Source of the DNA: Octopus sinensis
Lineage: Eukaryota
NCBI RefSeq assembly: GCF_006345805.1
Contig: NC_043021.1
Span: 21,638,001-21,702,000, forward strand
DNA length: 64,000 bases
Reading direction: 5' to 3'
Made by a program: the position numbers and the translations under genes. Below the pieces are notes generated by a model. The model made no database searches. It had not been told where the DNA came from and saw only the letters and a program-made list of their open reading frames with translations. Position 1 is the stretch's first letter, and every line of letters starts with the position of its first letter. Shown here in pieces: positions 27,630 through 41,294 of this stretch.

Positions 27630-27920
27630 GAAATAGGAACAGAATTAGACTAGATGAGACTCAGTTTGGCTTTGTGCTGGGGAGGAGCACCACAAATGCT
27701 GTTCTCCTTGTCAGGCAACAAGAGAAATGTTTTGCTAAGAACAAGCCATTTTTCTTGGCATTTATCGATACAGAGAAAGCCTTCAACAGAGTTCCTTATT
27801 TTGTAACATGGTTGGTCTCTGGGAAAGCTAGGGATAGGAATGGCTTGTGAAAGCAGTACAGGTCATGTACAGGGGTAATGTCACTAAGGTAAGAGTTAGC
27901 CACACCAGCAGTAAAGAACT
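27630..27920 (+). mobile_element. Decayed RTE RT fragment (N-terminal RT motifs)
   Basis: QFGFVLGRSTTNAV; frameshift; FLAFIDTEKAFNRVP; frameshift; LVKAVQVMYRG. Confidence 0.75.
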
Positions 27921-28099
27921 ACCTGTACAACTATTTTCTATCATTTCTAAGTTTTTACCTGTAACGCCATCGATCTACACTTGCCAAATTTTCTGGCTTC
28001 TTCCTATATATACACCTTTATGTATATTTGCATTTCTCTCCAATATGTTACATAAGTATAAATATGCTATAAACTGACTTGATACTTGTTGACTGTCTG

Positions 28100-28359
28100 T
28101 TTATACATTTATTCTATTATATATATATATAATATATATAACATATATATATATACACATATATATATATAATATATACATAATATATATATATACATAT
28201 ATACATATATATACATATATATTATATATACATATATATATATATACATATATTATATATATATATACACATATATATATACACATATATAATATATATA
28301 TATACACATATATATATACACACATATATATATACATATATACATATATATATATACAC

Positions 28360-28411
<52 letters not shown>

Positions 28412-28526
28412 TATATATGTATGTATATATATATACACATATATATATATATATATATATACATACATACATACATGCATACATACATATATTTATTCAT
28501 GAATCTCTCTCTCTCTTCCGTTCTAC

Positions 28527-28566
<40 letters not shown>

Positions 28567-29191
28567 GTATTTATGCATATATTGATAATAAAAATGAGCT
28601 TATTGTATCAGATGCATCACGCACACAGACATGCACACACACACACACACATACATACAAACATGTGTATATATATAAATATATATATATATATGTATAT
28701 AGCACTATAAATTATTGCTGAAAAATTTATAAGACCCAGAGCAGAACAGAGCAAAGCAGATTAAATCTAGAATGCAAGAAATATATAAAAAAAAAAAAAA
28801 CAAATGGAAAGAAAACACAAAAAAAAAAAATCTCAGAAGATAACAGAATGCAATGCAAGTTGTTGTGAACCTAGAAAATTCCTCGTGGAATGAACTCCAC
28901 AAGATACAGCAAAGACAAATGAGACAACAATAAAAGAATCTTAACACACCATTAAAGGACATCTGAAAAATAAAATGTATTGTTTTTGTTTTTTAAATTC
29001 TTTAAAGTAGATTATGGAACTAATGAGCCAAAGGGGGTTTCAGATCACTGGAATAAATCTGGTTTATTTCAACTGTCTTGTCGTGTGTGTGTGTGTATAA
29101 ATATTTGTTCATATATACAAATATATATATATACATATATATATATACGCATATATATATATATATTATATATATACATATATATATACGC

Positions 29192-29232
<41 letters not shown>

Positions 29233-29287
29233 CATATATATATACCGCATATATAATATATATATACCTAATATACGCACGCATATA

Positions 29288-29319
<32 letters not shown>

Positions 29320-29568
29320 CATATATATATACGCATATATATATATTATACACATATATACGCATATATATATATATAGATATATATATACATATATATA
29401 TATACATATATATATACCGCATATTATATACATATATATATACGCATATATATATATATAGATACACTATATATATATACATATATATACGCATATATAT
29501 ATATACACATATATATATATACATATATATATACGCATATACATACGCATATACATATATATATATAC

Positions 29569-29600
<32 letters not shown>

Positions 29601-29843
29601 TACATATATATATATATACATATATATATACGCATATATAATAATATATACCATATATATATACAATATATACGCATATATATATCTATATACACATATA
29701 TAATATAACATATTATATACGCATATAATCGCATATACTATATATATACATATTATATATATACATATATATTATATACATATATAGATACATATATATA
29801 TATACATATATAATACATATTATATATACGCATATATATACGC

Positions 29844-29882
<39 letters not shown>

Positions 29883-30921
29883 CATATATATACATATATA
29901 CATATATATACATATATATACATATATAATACATATATATATACATATATATATATACATATATATATATACATATAATATATACATATATATATATATA
30001 TATCTATATATAATATATATATAAATATATAACATATATATATATATATATACATATATATATACACACCTATATAATATATATACACATATATATATAC
30101 AACATATAATATATATATATACACATTATATATACACTATATATATACACATATATATATCTATATAATATATTATTATATATATATATAGTATGTATGT
30201 ATATTATAAACACATATATATATATATATATATACATACATACATACATACATACATCATACATATATTTATTTTCTGAATCTCTCTCTCTCTTCCGTTC
30301 TACAAATATATATATATATTATATATATATGTGTATGGTATGTATGTATTTATGCATATATTGATATAAAAATGAGCTTATTGTATCAGATGCATCACGC
30401 ACACAGACATGCACACACACACAACACACATACATACAAACATGTGTATATAATAAATATATATATATATATGTATATAGCACTATAAATTATTGCTGAA
30501 AAACTTTATAAGACCCAGAGCAGAACAGAGCAAAGCAGATTAAATCTAGAATGCAAGAAATATATATAAAAAAAAAAAAACAAATGGAAGAAAACACAAA
30601 AAAAAAAAATCTCAGAAGATAACAGAATGCAATGCAAGTTGTTGTGAACCTAGAAAATTCCTCGTGGAATGAACTCCACAAGATACAGCAAAGACAATGA
30701 GACAACAATAAAAGAATCTTAACACACCATTAAAGGACATCTGAAAAATAAAAGTTATTTTTTTTGTTTTTTAAATTCTTTAAAGTAGATTATGGAACTA
30801 ATGAGCCAAAGGGTGTTTCAGATCACTGGAATAAATCTGGTTTATTTCAACTGTCTTGTCGTGTGTGTGTGTGTATAAATATTTGTTCATATATACAAAT
30901 ATATATATACATATATATATA

Positions 30922-30956
<35 letters not shown>

Positions 30957-31054
30957 TATATATATACGCATATTATATATATATATATAATATACATATA
31001 TATATATACATATATATATACGCATATATATAATATATATAACATATATAACGC

Positions 31055-31095
<41 letters not shown>

Positions 31096-31491
31096 CCATA
31101 TATATTATACGCATATATATCTATATATATACACATATATATATATACATATATATACGCATATATATATATAACACATATATATATATACATATATATA
31201 CGCATATAATATATATACATATATATATACGCATATATATATATATATATATATAATATCCATATATATACATATCTATATACGCATATATATATATATA
31301 TATACACATATATATATATACATAATATACGCCATATTATATATATAACACATATATATATACATATATATATACGCATATACATACGCATATATATATA
31401 TATATACATATATAATATATACATATATATCATACATATATATATATACATATATATATATATAACCATATATACGCATATATATATCATA

Positions 31492-31522
<31 letters not shown>

Positions 31523-31634
31523 ATACGCAATTATATATATACATATATATAATATATATAATATAATACATATATATACAATATATACATATTATATATA
31601 CATATTAATACATATATAATACATATATATATAC

Positions 31635-31667
<33 letters not shown>

Positions 31668-31771
31668 CATATATATATACATATATATATATACATATAT
31701 ATATATACATATATATATCATATATATATATACATATATATATATACATATATATACATATATATATATAC

Positions 31772-31807
<36 letters not shown>

Positions 31808-32057
31808 CATACATATATATATATATATACATATATAATATATATATATACATATATATATATATATTATATATATATAGATATATTATATATATATATA
31901 TATGAATATATATACACACACATATATATATATACACACACATATATATATAGATAGGTAGATAGATAGATAGATAGATAGATTGAGAGATAGAGATATA
32001 GATGTGTGTGTGTGTCAATATTTATACACACAAACACATACATGTGTGTGCATATGT

Positions 32058-32101
<44 letters not shown>

Positions 32102-32110
32102 GCGCATGCA
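28100..32110. repeat. Very long (TA)-rich arrays enclosing a duplicated ~620-bp unique segment
   Basis: 28499-29125 is repeated at 30277-30905. The copies differ mostly by single-base indels. Confidence 0.9.
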
Positions 32111-32664
32111 AAGATAAATATACAAATATATATATATATATAAACATAATCAAATAGCTGAGATGGTAAATGTTTTTAATTTTCATTCCTTTCATGAATT
32201 TATCCCTTTTTGTATTTCTAGCACTACGCTTCCTTATTTGGAAGCCTTTTATTATATTTCTATATATACATATATATACATATGGACTCTCTCATAACTT
32301 CCAAAAAATGAGGGTTCAACAAGATGCAGCCGTGCACTGTTCTAGGTTCAATGTTTTTGAAGAAAGTGCGATGATGTTGATGCTGGTGTCTTGGTTCGCT
32401 GAACAACAGCATGAAGAATATTGTTATGCTGTGCATGGCCGATGCATAGCCAGTACCACTCTCTCGTCCTTCAAACACACTTGTCCAAACACACTTGGAA
32501 CTCCCATATACACACACAAACAATCACCCATACAGCAAATATATTTATATAAAGGTAATCTTTTCTTATTACCAATTCTATACAGGAAGATAAAGATACA
32601 AGCCCCAAAATTTAAAGATCTATGGCATGAGACCATCAAATTTACAGGTCCGTTACCAAAATCT

Positions 32665-33067
32665 CTCTTTACTCTTTTACTTGTTTCAGTCATTTGACTG
32701 CGGCCATGCTGGAGCACTGCCTTTAGTCGATAAAATCAAACCCCAGGACTTATTCTTTGTAAGCCTAGTACTTATTCTATCGGTCTCTTTTGCCAAATCG
32801 CTAAGTTACGGGGGACGTAATAACACCAGCATCAGTTGCCAAGCAATGTTGGGGGACACACACAGATACACAAACATATACGCACACATACATATATATA
32901 TATATACATATATACGACAGGCTTCTTTCAGTTTCCGTCTACCAAATCCACTCACAAGGCTTTAGTCGGCCCAAGGCTATAGTAGAAGACACTTGCCCAA
33001 GTTGCCACGCAGTGGGACTGAACCCACAACCATGTGATTGGTAAGCAAGCTACTTTCCATGCCAGCA

Positions 33068-33070
<3 letters not shown>
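32665..33070 (-). mobile_element. CORE-type SINE
   Basis: Family match. Confidence 0.85.
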
Positions 33071-33101
<31 letters not shown>

Positions 33102-33175
33102 GGAGCACGCACATAAATGTGAAACAAAGTGGAAAAATGAGTACTCAGATACCAGAAGTAGAGTAATATGTCTGT

Positions 33176-33213
33176 CTGTCCGATGAACGGGCACGTGAAA
33201 CTCTGAGTAACAG
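33176..33213 (+). ncRNA. Minimal type I hammerhead, C4 variant, within a 147-bp insert (33100-33246) flanked by (TA)n
   Basis: CUGU CCGAUGA ACG-GGCA-CGU GAAACU-CUG-AGUA ACAG. Predicted cut between 33209 and 33210. Confidence 0.7.
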
Positions 33214-33245
33214 CTTTTGTTATATTTCTGCTGCTTTTAAATAAA

Positions 33246-33283
<38 letters not shown>

Positions 33284-33285
<2 letters not shown>

Positions 33286-33697
33286 TGCAGGAGTGGCTGT
33301 GTGGTAAGTAGCTTGTTTACCAACCACATGGTTCCGGGTTCAGTCCCACTGTGTGGCACCTTGGGCAAGTGTCTTCTACTATAGCCTCGGGCTGACCAAT
33401 GCTTTGTGAGTGGATTTGGTAGACGGAAACTGAAAGAAGCCCGTCGTATATATGTATATATATATATGCGTGTGTGTGTTAGTGTGTCTGTGTTTGTACC
33501 CCTAGCATTGCTTGACAACCGATGCTGGTGTGTTTATGTCCCTGTTATTTAGCAGTTCAGCAAAAGAGACCGATAAAATAAGTACTGGGCTTACAAAAGA
33601 ATAAGTCCCGGGGTCGAGTTGCTCGATTAAAGGCAGTGCTCCAGCATGGCCACAGTCAAATGACTGAAACAAGTAAAAGAGTAAAGAGAGTAAAGAG
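33284..33697 (+). mobile_element. CORE-type SINE, full length
   Basis: Family match. Confidence 0.85.
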
Positions 33698-33748
33698 TAT
33701 ACACACACACACATAGAAGACACTCCACAGTAGATAGTTGCTTTTTAA

Positions 33749-34363
33749 CCCCTTACCCAACAATTATTTTGAAAATAAATGTATTTTTTCAGACATATTT
33801 TTTAATTGTTTTATTTTACTATGTTTTGAATGGTGATTTCGAGGTATATTTCAAACCATATCATCTCCTAATCTAAGTCGGTGCCAGTCTCTTGCATCTA
33901 CCTCATCCTCATCTTCAGTTTCTTCACTTGAATAAAACTCTTCTGACGAACTTTCACTCTCATCAGATGTATCGAACCCTCCAAGAGAAGCTTCATAATC
34001 GCTATCATCATCAGAGCTCGACATGGTGGGGTTATAATATAAAGGTATAAAAAAAACAACGTAAAAACAAAGTGAATACTTCTATTCATAAAATGTGCCT
34101 TCCGACCCTTCGACTGTCTCCAGGTGACTAAATCATACTCGGTCTTCAATGCCTTACTCAAGCGAAAGGTGGCAGAAATCGTCACTGCCAGACGTATCAA
34201 GTGAGCGAATATACTCGTATATGTCAAAAAAGAGTTTATAATAGACGAAGGAACTAGTTTGCTGTCGATTTTGGCGAGTCTATCTTTTGACGAGTTAACT
34301 CGCCAGAGATAGAAAATAAACGATTTCGGTCAAAACACATATTCGTTTCTGCCGGGTAAGGGG
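33749..34363 (-). mobile_element. Internally deleted piggyBac element, 615 bp
   Basis: TTAA|CCCCTTACCC...GGGTAAGGGG|TTAA. Minus-strand 57-aa acidic ORF at 34024-33851 (MSSSDDDSDYEASLGGFDTSDESESSSEEF...), resembling the acidic N-terminus of piggyBac transposases. Confidence 0.8.
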
Positions 34364-34489
34364 TTAATCTTGGTTGACAACTAAGACGGGGAAACTTCCA
34401 CAAAGATATAAAAATACGACCACACTAATGGCTGGGTGCACAGTGAAGTAACTTAGAGAAACAAAACTCCAGAGTTTATCCATTTTATT

Positions 34490-34552
34490 GGGGGGGAGCA
34501 GGGGGGAAGCAGGGGGGGACCAGGGGGGGAAACAGGGGGAGCATGGGGGGGG
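34490..34552 (+). repeat. G-tract minisatellite with G-quadruplex potential
   Basis: Six runs of 5-8 G separated by 4-5-nt linkers. Confidence 0.7.
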
Positions 34553-35011
34553 ACCAAGGAGAAATGTCTTTCATATAACACTTGTGGTTGAATTACTTTT
34601 TGGTCTAATCTTACTCTTGCTTGCCACGGGATATTCATAGACTAGAATATCTATTGTATGAATGGATGTCACTAAAATCCCCAAGATGCATGGTTATCTC
34701 ATTTGAGATGGTTATTATTTGTCAAAATGAAGTAACGCATCTGCCTGTTTGTGTGTATTTGTATATCTATGGGTGCTAGTGTGCGTGCGTGTGTGTGTAT
34801 GTGTGTGTGTTGCAATTGTTTACTGGAGCTTCAGGTAATGTGATTGGTTAGATGTATTTTCTATTTTTGGTCACCACAATTTACATTATATACTATTACA
34901 TTAATATATACTAATATATGTGTAAGCCTCTATTATATTTGTGTGTATGTGTGTGTGTTTGTAGTGTGTATATATATATATACTGCACATATCATTAGAT
35001 TGTGTGTGTGC

Positions 35012-35059
<48 letters not shown>

Positions 35060-35222
35060 CAAATAATTATATGTGTGTGCATATAATATACATATTTATA
35101 TGTAGTTACGTGTGTGTGTGTGTGTAACTGTGAGAGAATAAGAATAAAAAATAAATCTAACCAAACTCAAAATATTTGAGCATGTGTCTGCATGTGTATT
35201 TTGTGTGTGTTTTATATATATA

Positions 35223-35255
<33 letters not shown>

Positions 35256-35257
<2 letters not shown>

Positions 35258-35461
35258 CGGGAAAGTTTGCGAAATAAACAAAAGACGAAGGCAGGGAGTA
35301 AACAAACAAACAATGTATAGTATGTGTGCTCAGGAATAGAAATAAAACAAGTCTTTTACGTTTCGAGCCTACGCTCTTCGACAGAAATACACAGAAAAAA
35401 AAAAGGAGAGAAACAAGGAGAGAGAAAAAATGCGTGTAGGAGCTAACGGTTCATCATGGCG
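35256..35461 (-). mobile_element. Pseudo-LTR-like repeat (copy 2) with HHR-like motif at 35352-35387
   Basis: Core CUGUCGA-A, stem II GAGC-GUAG-GCUC, GAAAC GUA. Abuts (TA)n. Confidence 0.7.
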
Positions 35462-35498
35462 TTCTCATGATATATATATATATACACACACACACACA

Positions 35499-35545
<47 letters not shown>

Positions 35546-36300
35546 ATGTATCTAGATATACATCTAAGAAGAAGAAGAAGGATGGTGATGATGATGATGA
35601 CGATTGTTTCAAGTTTTGGCACAAGGCCAGAAATTTTGAGTGGAGGAAGAAGTGAATCAAATTGGCTCCATTGCTCAACTGGCCCTTACTCCACTGACCC
35701 CTGGATTGAAGAAATGCCACTAAGCATTTTATCCAGTTTGATAACAGTCCAGCCAATTCACACCTTTAAACCCTAAAGTAATAGACATGTACAAACACAC
35801 ACACACACACACAGCCATGAACACACATATGCAAAAGAAACCGGACTGTGTACCCCCAAACTTCAACATCTCTTTCTCCTTGCTAACATAGAAAATATAA
35901 ACTTATTATTGAGTCAGTGCTTTACAGCGAAATGCTCTTCCTGTCACTAACCCTTGCCTGACTACCAACTAAAGGCAAAGATGTGTCAATGGAATCTTTG
36001 TTGACGGAAATGATGAGAGCAACCACATTTTTTGTAGCTAACAATTTTCCCAGAGTGCAGATGTAAATAAAGGTGAAAACAGATACTAATACATACGTAC
36101 TTATGTACATGTAAGTGTGTGTGTGTATATATATTACTCTCTTTACTCTTTTACTTGTTTCACTTATGTGACTGTGGCCATGCTGGAGCACCGCCTTTAT
36201 TCGATCAAATCGAACCCAGGACTTATTCTTTGTAAGCCGAGTACTTATTTTATCGGTATCTTTTTTGCCAAACGGCTAAGTTATGGGGGCTTAAACACAC

Positions 36301-36632
36301 CAGCTCTGTCTGGCCCCGTGTCGGTGGCACGTAAAAGCACCATCCGTTCGTGTCCGTTGCCAGCATCGCCTGGCCCCGTGCCAGTGACACGTAAAAGCAC
36401 CATCCGTTCATGGCCGTTTGCCAGCTCTGTCTGGCACCTGTGCAGGTGGCACGTAAAAAACACCCACTAAACTCGCAGAGAGGTTGGCGTTAGGAAGGGC
36501 ATCCAGCCGTAGAAACACTGCCAGATCTGACTGGGCCTGACGAAGCCTTCCAGCTTCACAGACCCCAGTTGACCCGTCCAACCCATGCTAGCATGGAAAG
36601 CGGACGCTAAATGATGATGATGATGATGATGA
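36301..36632 (+). mobile_element. RTE-tailed composite repeat, 60-61-bp unit x2.6
   Basis: Units start at 36301, 36361 and 36422, followed by the shared tail and (GAT)n. Confidence 0.85.
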
Positions 36633-36641
36633 TATATATAT

Positions 36642-36944
36642 GTGGAGGCGCAATGGCCTAGTGGTTACGGCAGGGGACTCGCGGTCATAGGATCGCGGTT
36701 TCGATTCCCAGACCAGGCTTTGTGAGTGTTTATTGAGCAAAAACACCTAAAGCTCCATGAGGCTCCGCCAGGGGATGGTGGCAATCCCTGCTGAACTCTT
36801 TTGCCACAACTTTCTCTCACTCTTTCTTCTGTTGGCCTGCTCGCTTAGCCAGCGGGGTGGCGTCATTTAAAAGCTAAAACAATGCGAAGTGCATTGTGAC
36901 CAGCGATATGTAGCAACATCTAATAGCCTGGTCGGTCACGTGAT
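36642..36944 (+). mobile_element. tRNA-derived SINE, full length (~300 bp)
   Basis: A-box TGGCCTAGTGG, B-box GTTTCGATTCC. The 3' end ...GTGACCAGCGAT...GGTCACGTGAT is shared with 48085-48362 and 56182-56390. Confidence 0.8.
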
Positions 36945-36976
36945 ATATATATATATATATATAAAAGAGTAAAAGA

Positions 36977-37007
<31 letters not shown>

Positions 37008-37566
37008 TAGATAGATAGATAGATAGAGTGAGAGAGTGGGGAAAGAGACAGACAGGGAGAAAGTGAAGGAGCATAAAAAGAAGTAGAAAACGAAAGAGCA
37101 GAATACTTGCAATAAATGCACAAATGTACTGACTAAAAGAGGTGCACACACTTGCAGTTTATCATCTGCAATTAATGGTGATCTGAACGACAGGACGGAT
37201 GTTGAGATTTGAGTGTACATCACTAATGTTTAAAATTCACCAAAATTCTGTGAGAGACCAGTAGAGGATTTTGTTGTTGTTGTTTACGTTGGAGAATGGT
37301 GGTGATGGTGGTGGTGGTAGATGGCTCGTGGTGGAAAAAAAAAAAACCATGAATAAAATTTGTGTATTTATGGATGATGAGTTGAGTCTTTGGTTGTTGC
37401 CTCTGCACATCCGATAAATCTATCTACCCACATAACTCATTTGGCAGATACAGAAATACATACGCACTCATACATACATACATGCATACACATTACATAC
37501 ATAAACACTCGGACAAATGCAACTACATGTAAACATATAAATTCATATATACACTAACACATGTTG

Positions 37567-37605
<39 letters not shown>

Positions 37606-37623
37606 TGTGTGTGTGTGTACATT

Positions 37624-37661
<38 letters not shown>

Positions 37662-37830
37662 GGATATGTGTGAATGCATGAATATATGTGGGGATGTGTG
37701 TATATGTATGTGTGTCTGCGTATATATATATATATATATATCTATATACACGCACACATATATACATACATACATTCACATATGAACATGTTTTTATAGT
37801 TTTATATATATATATATCTGTGGTGTGTTC

Positions 37831-37863
<33 letters not shown>

Positions 37864-38013
37864 TATACACTCACATACATATATATATAAATACACACAC
37901 ACTCACGGATGAATACATGTTTTTATGTTATATATACATATAAATACATACACACACACACGCACATATAAACGTATGTTTTTGTTATACATATGTGTGT
38001 GTGTGTGTGTGTG

Positions 38014-38072
<59 letters not shown>

Positions 38073-38353
38073 GTATGAATACAGATTTAGATATATATTA
38101 CATATATTTATAAACACACATACACAGAGATATAGATTGATATATAGATGCCAATTTCGGATATTTCCAATTTTCCAGCATCATTCACCGAGGAATAAGA
38201 TGAAGTTACATCAGCCTGATTAACATTCTACTTCGGCTGACAAACCATGTTAAGGTCTGTGAGAATTAGAAGCTTACCAGTAGCAAAAACTGAATCTACA
38301 CAAATCCACAAAAATAAAAGAACAGAAACTGAAAAAATGATATATATATAAAT

Positions 38354-39030
38354 AGGAGTGGCTGTGTGGTAAGTAGCTTGCTAACCAACCACACGGTTCC
38401 GGGTTCAGTGCCACTGCGTGGCATCTTGGGCAAGTGTCTTCTGCTATAGCCTCGGGCCGGCCAATGCCTCGTGAGTGGATTTGGTAGACGGAAACTGAAA
38501 GAAGCCTGTCGTATATATATATATATATTTCTTTACTACCCACAAGGAGCTAAACATAGAGGGGACAAACAAGGACGGACAAACGGATTAAGTCGATTAC
38601 ATCGACCCAGTGAGAAACTGGTACTTTATTTATCGACCCCGAGAGGATGAAAGGCAAAGTCGACCTCGGTGGAATTTGAACTCAGAACGTAATGACAGAC
38701 GAAATACGGCTAAGCATTTCGCCCGGCTCACTAACGTTTCTGCCAGCTCGCCGCCTATATATATATGTCGTATATATATATGTATATATATATATATGTA
38801 TGTATATGTGTGTGTTTGTGTATCTGTGTTTGTCCCCCTAGCATTGCTTGACAACCGATGCTGGTGTGTTTACGTCCCCGTCACTTAGCGGTTCGGCAAA
38901 AGAGACCGATAGAATAAGTACTGGGCTTACAAAGAATAAGTCCCGGGGGTCGATTTGCTTGACTAAAGGCGGTGCTCCAGCATGGCCGCAGTCAAATGAC
39001 TGAAACAAGTAAAAGAGAATAAAGAGAGTA
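38354..39030 (+). mobile_element. CORE-type SINE with a Deu/Nin SINE (38527-38756, minus strand) nested in its central TA tract
   Basis: 5' half at 38354-38515, 3' half at about 38810-39030. Confidence 0.85.
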
Positions 39031-39268
39031 AATATATATAGCTTCTTTTTACCTTTATCTTTTTTGTCTTTTCAGGCATTAAACTACGGCCATGCTGGGG
39101 CATTGCCTTGAAGAATTTTAGTCAAACTTAACAACCCCAGCACTTATTTTTGTGTAAAGCTTTGGTAGTTATTCTATCGTAGTCTTTTGCTGTGCTGCTA
39201 AGTCATAGGGATGTAAACGCTCCAACACCAGCAGTCAAATGGTCGTGGAGGACAAATACATCATGAAG

Positions 39269-39313
<45 letters not shown>

Positions 39314-40039
39314 CGCACATCAGGTTTCATTCAGTTTCCATCTACCTAATCTGCTCACAAGGCTTCATTTAGCCCTGGGCTATAGAAGAAGACACTTGCA
39401 CAAGGTGCCATGCAGTGGGACTGAACCCAGAACCATGTGGTTGGGAAGTAAACTTCTTACCACACAGCTGTGCTTGTGCTCATATAAATGTTTCTTATAT
39501 ACATAATTATATATGTGTGAGTGTGTGTGTGTTTGTAAATATCTTTGTTTTATTGTCCATTTTTCCAAGGGTCAAACGAAATTTGTTGAAGCAGATTTCT
39601 TGAGGCTGGGTGCACCTCCTGTTGCCAACCTTTGCCTGTTCCCAAGTATGATAAAACATTTCCCATAGCCTGACATGTTTCACGGAAGACTGTGAACAAG
39701 TAACATAATTTGTAACATGATGATACTCACAACTATGTCCTGATATAATTTGTTTGTATGTCCAAAAAATAGAGACACGTTACAGACATACACTCTCACA
39801 CACATGTACACATCCATATAGATACAAATATATGACAGGCTTTTTGCTGTTACCTTCAACCAAACCCAGTGTTTCCCAACGTATTTTCCTCCTGACCCTA
39901 CTATAGCATTACAGAAAAATGCATGCCCCATCGGCAGATAAAAAGAAATGCATAGGTGCTTGCTGGGAAAAAGGGATTTTCCAGGTCCCTCTAAAATAGA
40001 AGAGAGAAAAGAAGGAAATAATTTTGGATCTTGTTTAGT

Positions 40040-40430
40040 GTCATTTGACTGCGTGCATGCTGGAGCACCGCCTTTAATCGAGCAAATCGACCCCGGGACT
40101 TATTCTTTTGTAAGCCCAGTACTTATTTTATCGGTCTCTTTTGCCGAACCGCTAAGTAACGGGGACATAAACACACCACCATCGGTTGTCAAGCAATGCT
40201 AGGGGGACAAACACAGACTCACAAACATACACGCCACACACACACATATATATATATACATATATACGACAGGCTTCTTTCAGTTTCCATCTACCAAATC
40301 CACTCACAAGGCTTTGGTCGGCCCGAGGCTATAGTAGAAGACACTTGCCCAAGATGCCACGCAGTGGGACTGAACCCGGAACCATGTGGTTGGTAAACAA
40401 GCTACTTACCACACAGCCACTCCTGCGCCT
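40040..40430 (-). mobile_element. CORE-type SINE
   Basis: Family match. Confidence 0.85.
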
Positions 40431-40927
40431 ATACTGTTTGCCTTTTTTTTTTTTCAGAAACTATGGAGACGGAAAAATTCAAAAAGAACTTTGAGTGACT
40501 ACATAACTCTCTCCTGAGAAAGAGAGAGAGAGAGACAGACAGACAGGCAGGCAGACACTCACCTGTTAATCAGGGTGACTGAGAAAAGGTACTCTAAATA
40601 AATCATACACTGATTCCAGAATTCCGGAACTGGCCAGCAACCTCACAGCTGGATACCTTTGATATGAGCTTTGGTCAGCAGCACAGATATTTGTGATCTC
40701 ATTTGACTATTCATCTTGGATGTTTTAAAAAGATTTTCCTCTCTGCTAGCTTTGATCTGTATAAGGACTATGTCCTAGGTGCTTCCAGCCAGGCAAATAA
40801 GCACACATTAGATAGGTTAATTAAAAGATATATTACTGATATGCTTTGATTCCTCAGCTTAAAACTTACTATAGATGAGAATCTGAGAATAGTCAACTAG
40901 AATGTTCCCAAATGCATGCAACGAAAT

Positions 40928-41294
40928 AGGCGCAGGAGTTGCTCTGTGGTAAGTAGCTTGCTAACCAACCACATGGTTCCGGGTTCAGTCCCACTGCGTG
41001 GCATCTCGGGTAAGTGGATATGGTAGACGGAAATTGAAAGAAGCCTGTCGTATATATGTATGTATATATATATATGTATGCGTGTGTGTGTTTGTGTGTC
41101 TGTGTTTGTCCCCCTAGCATTGCTTGACAACCAATGCTGCTCTGTTTACGTCCCTGTCACTTAGCGGTTCGGCAAAAGAGACCGATAAAATAACTACTGG
41201 GCTAACAAAGAATAAGTCCCGGGGTCGATTTGCTCAACTAAAGGCGGTGCTCCAGCATGGCTGCAGTCAAATGACTGAAGCAAGTAAAAGAGAG
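40928..41294 (+). mobile_element. CORE-type SINE with internal deletion
   Basis: Family match; lacks about 40 bp after the CORE-like box. Confidence 0.8.

Noticed and set aside
32280-32520. Possible mariner C-terminal remnant or exon
   Set aside because: Only a faint resemblance (VSWFAEQQ...Y), with no TIR or catalytic motif.
36301-36470. CRISPR-like periodicity in the 60-bp array
   Set aside because: The whole unit is repeated with no unique spacers, the context is eukaryotic, and there are no cas genes.
36642-36715. Possible tRNA gene
   Set aside because: A- and B-boxes are present but no proper cloverleaf can be paired, and it continues into a repeat body seen elsewhere. It is a SINE head.
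40563-40756. Minus-strand exon-like segment with one in-frame TGA at 40643-40645 (selenocysteine idea)
   Set aside because: No similarity to a selenoprotein family I recognise, no SECIS seen, and a weak acceptor. A single stop in about 65 codons is unremarkable.
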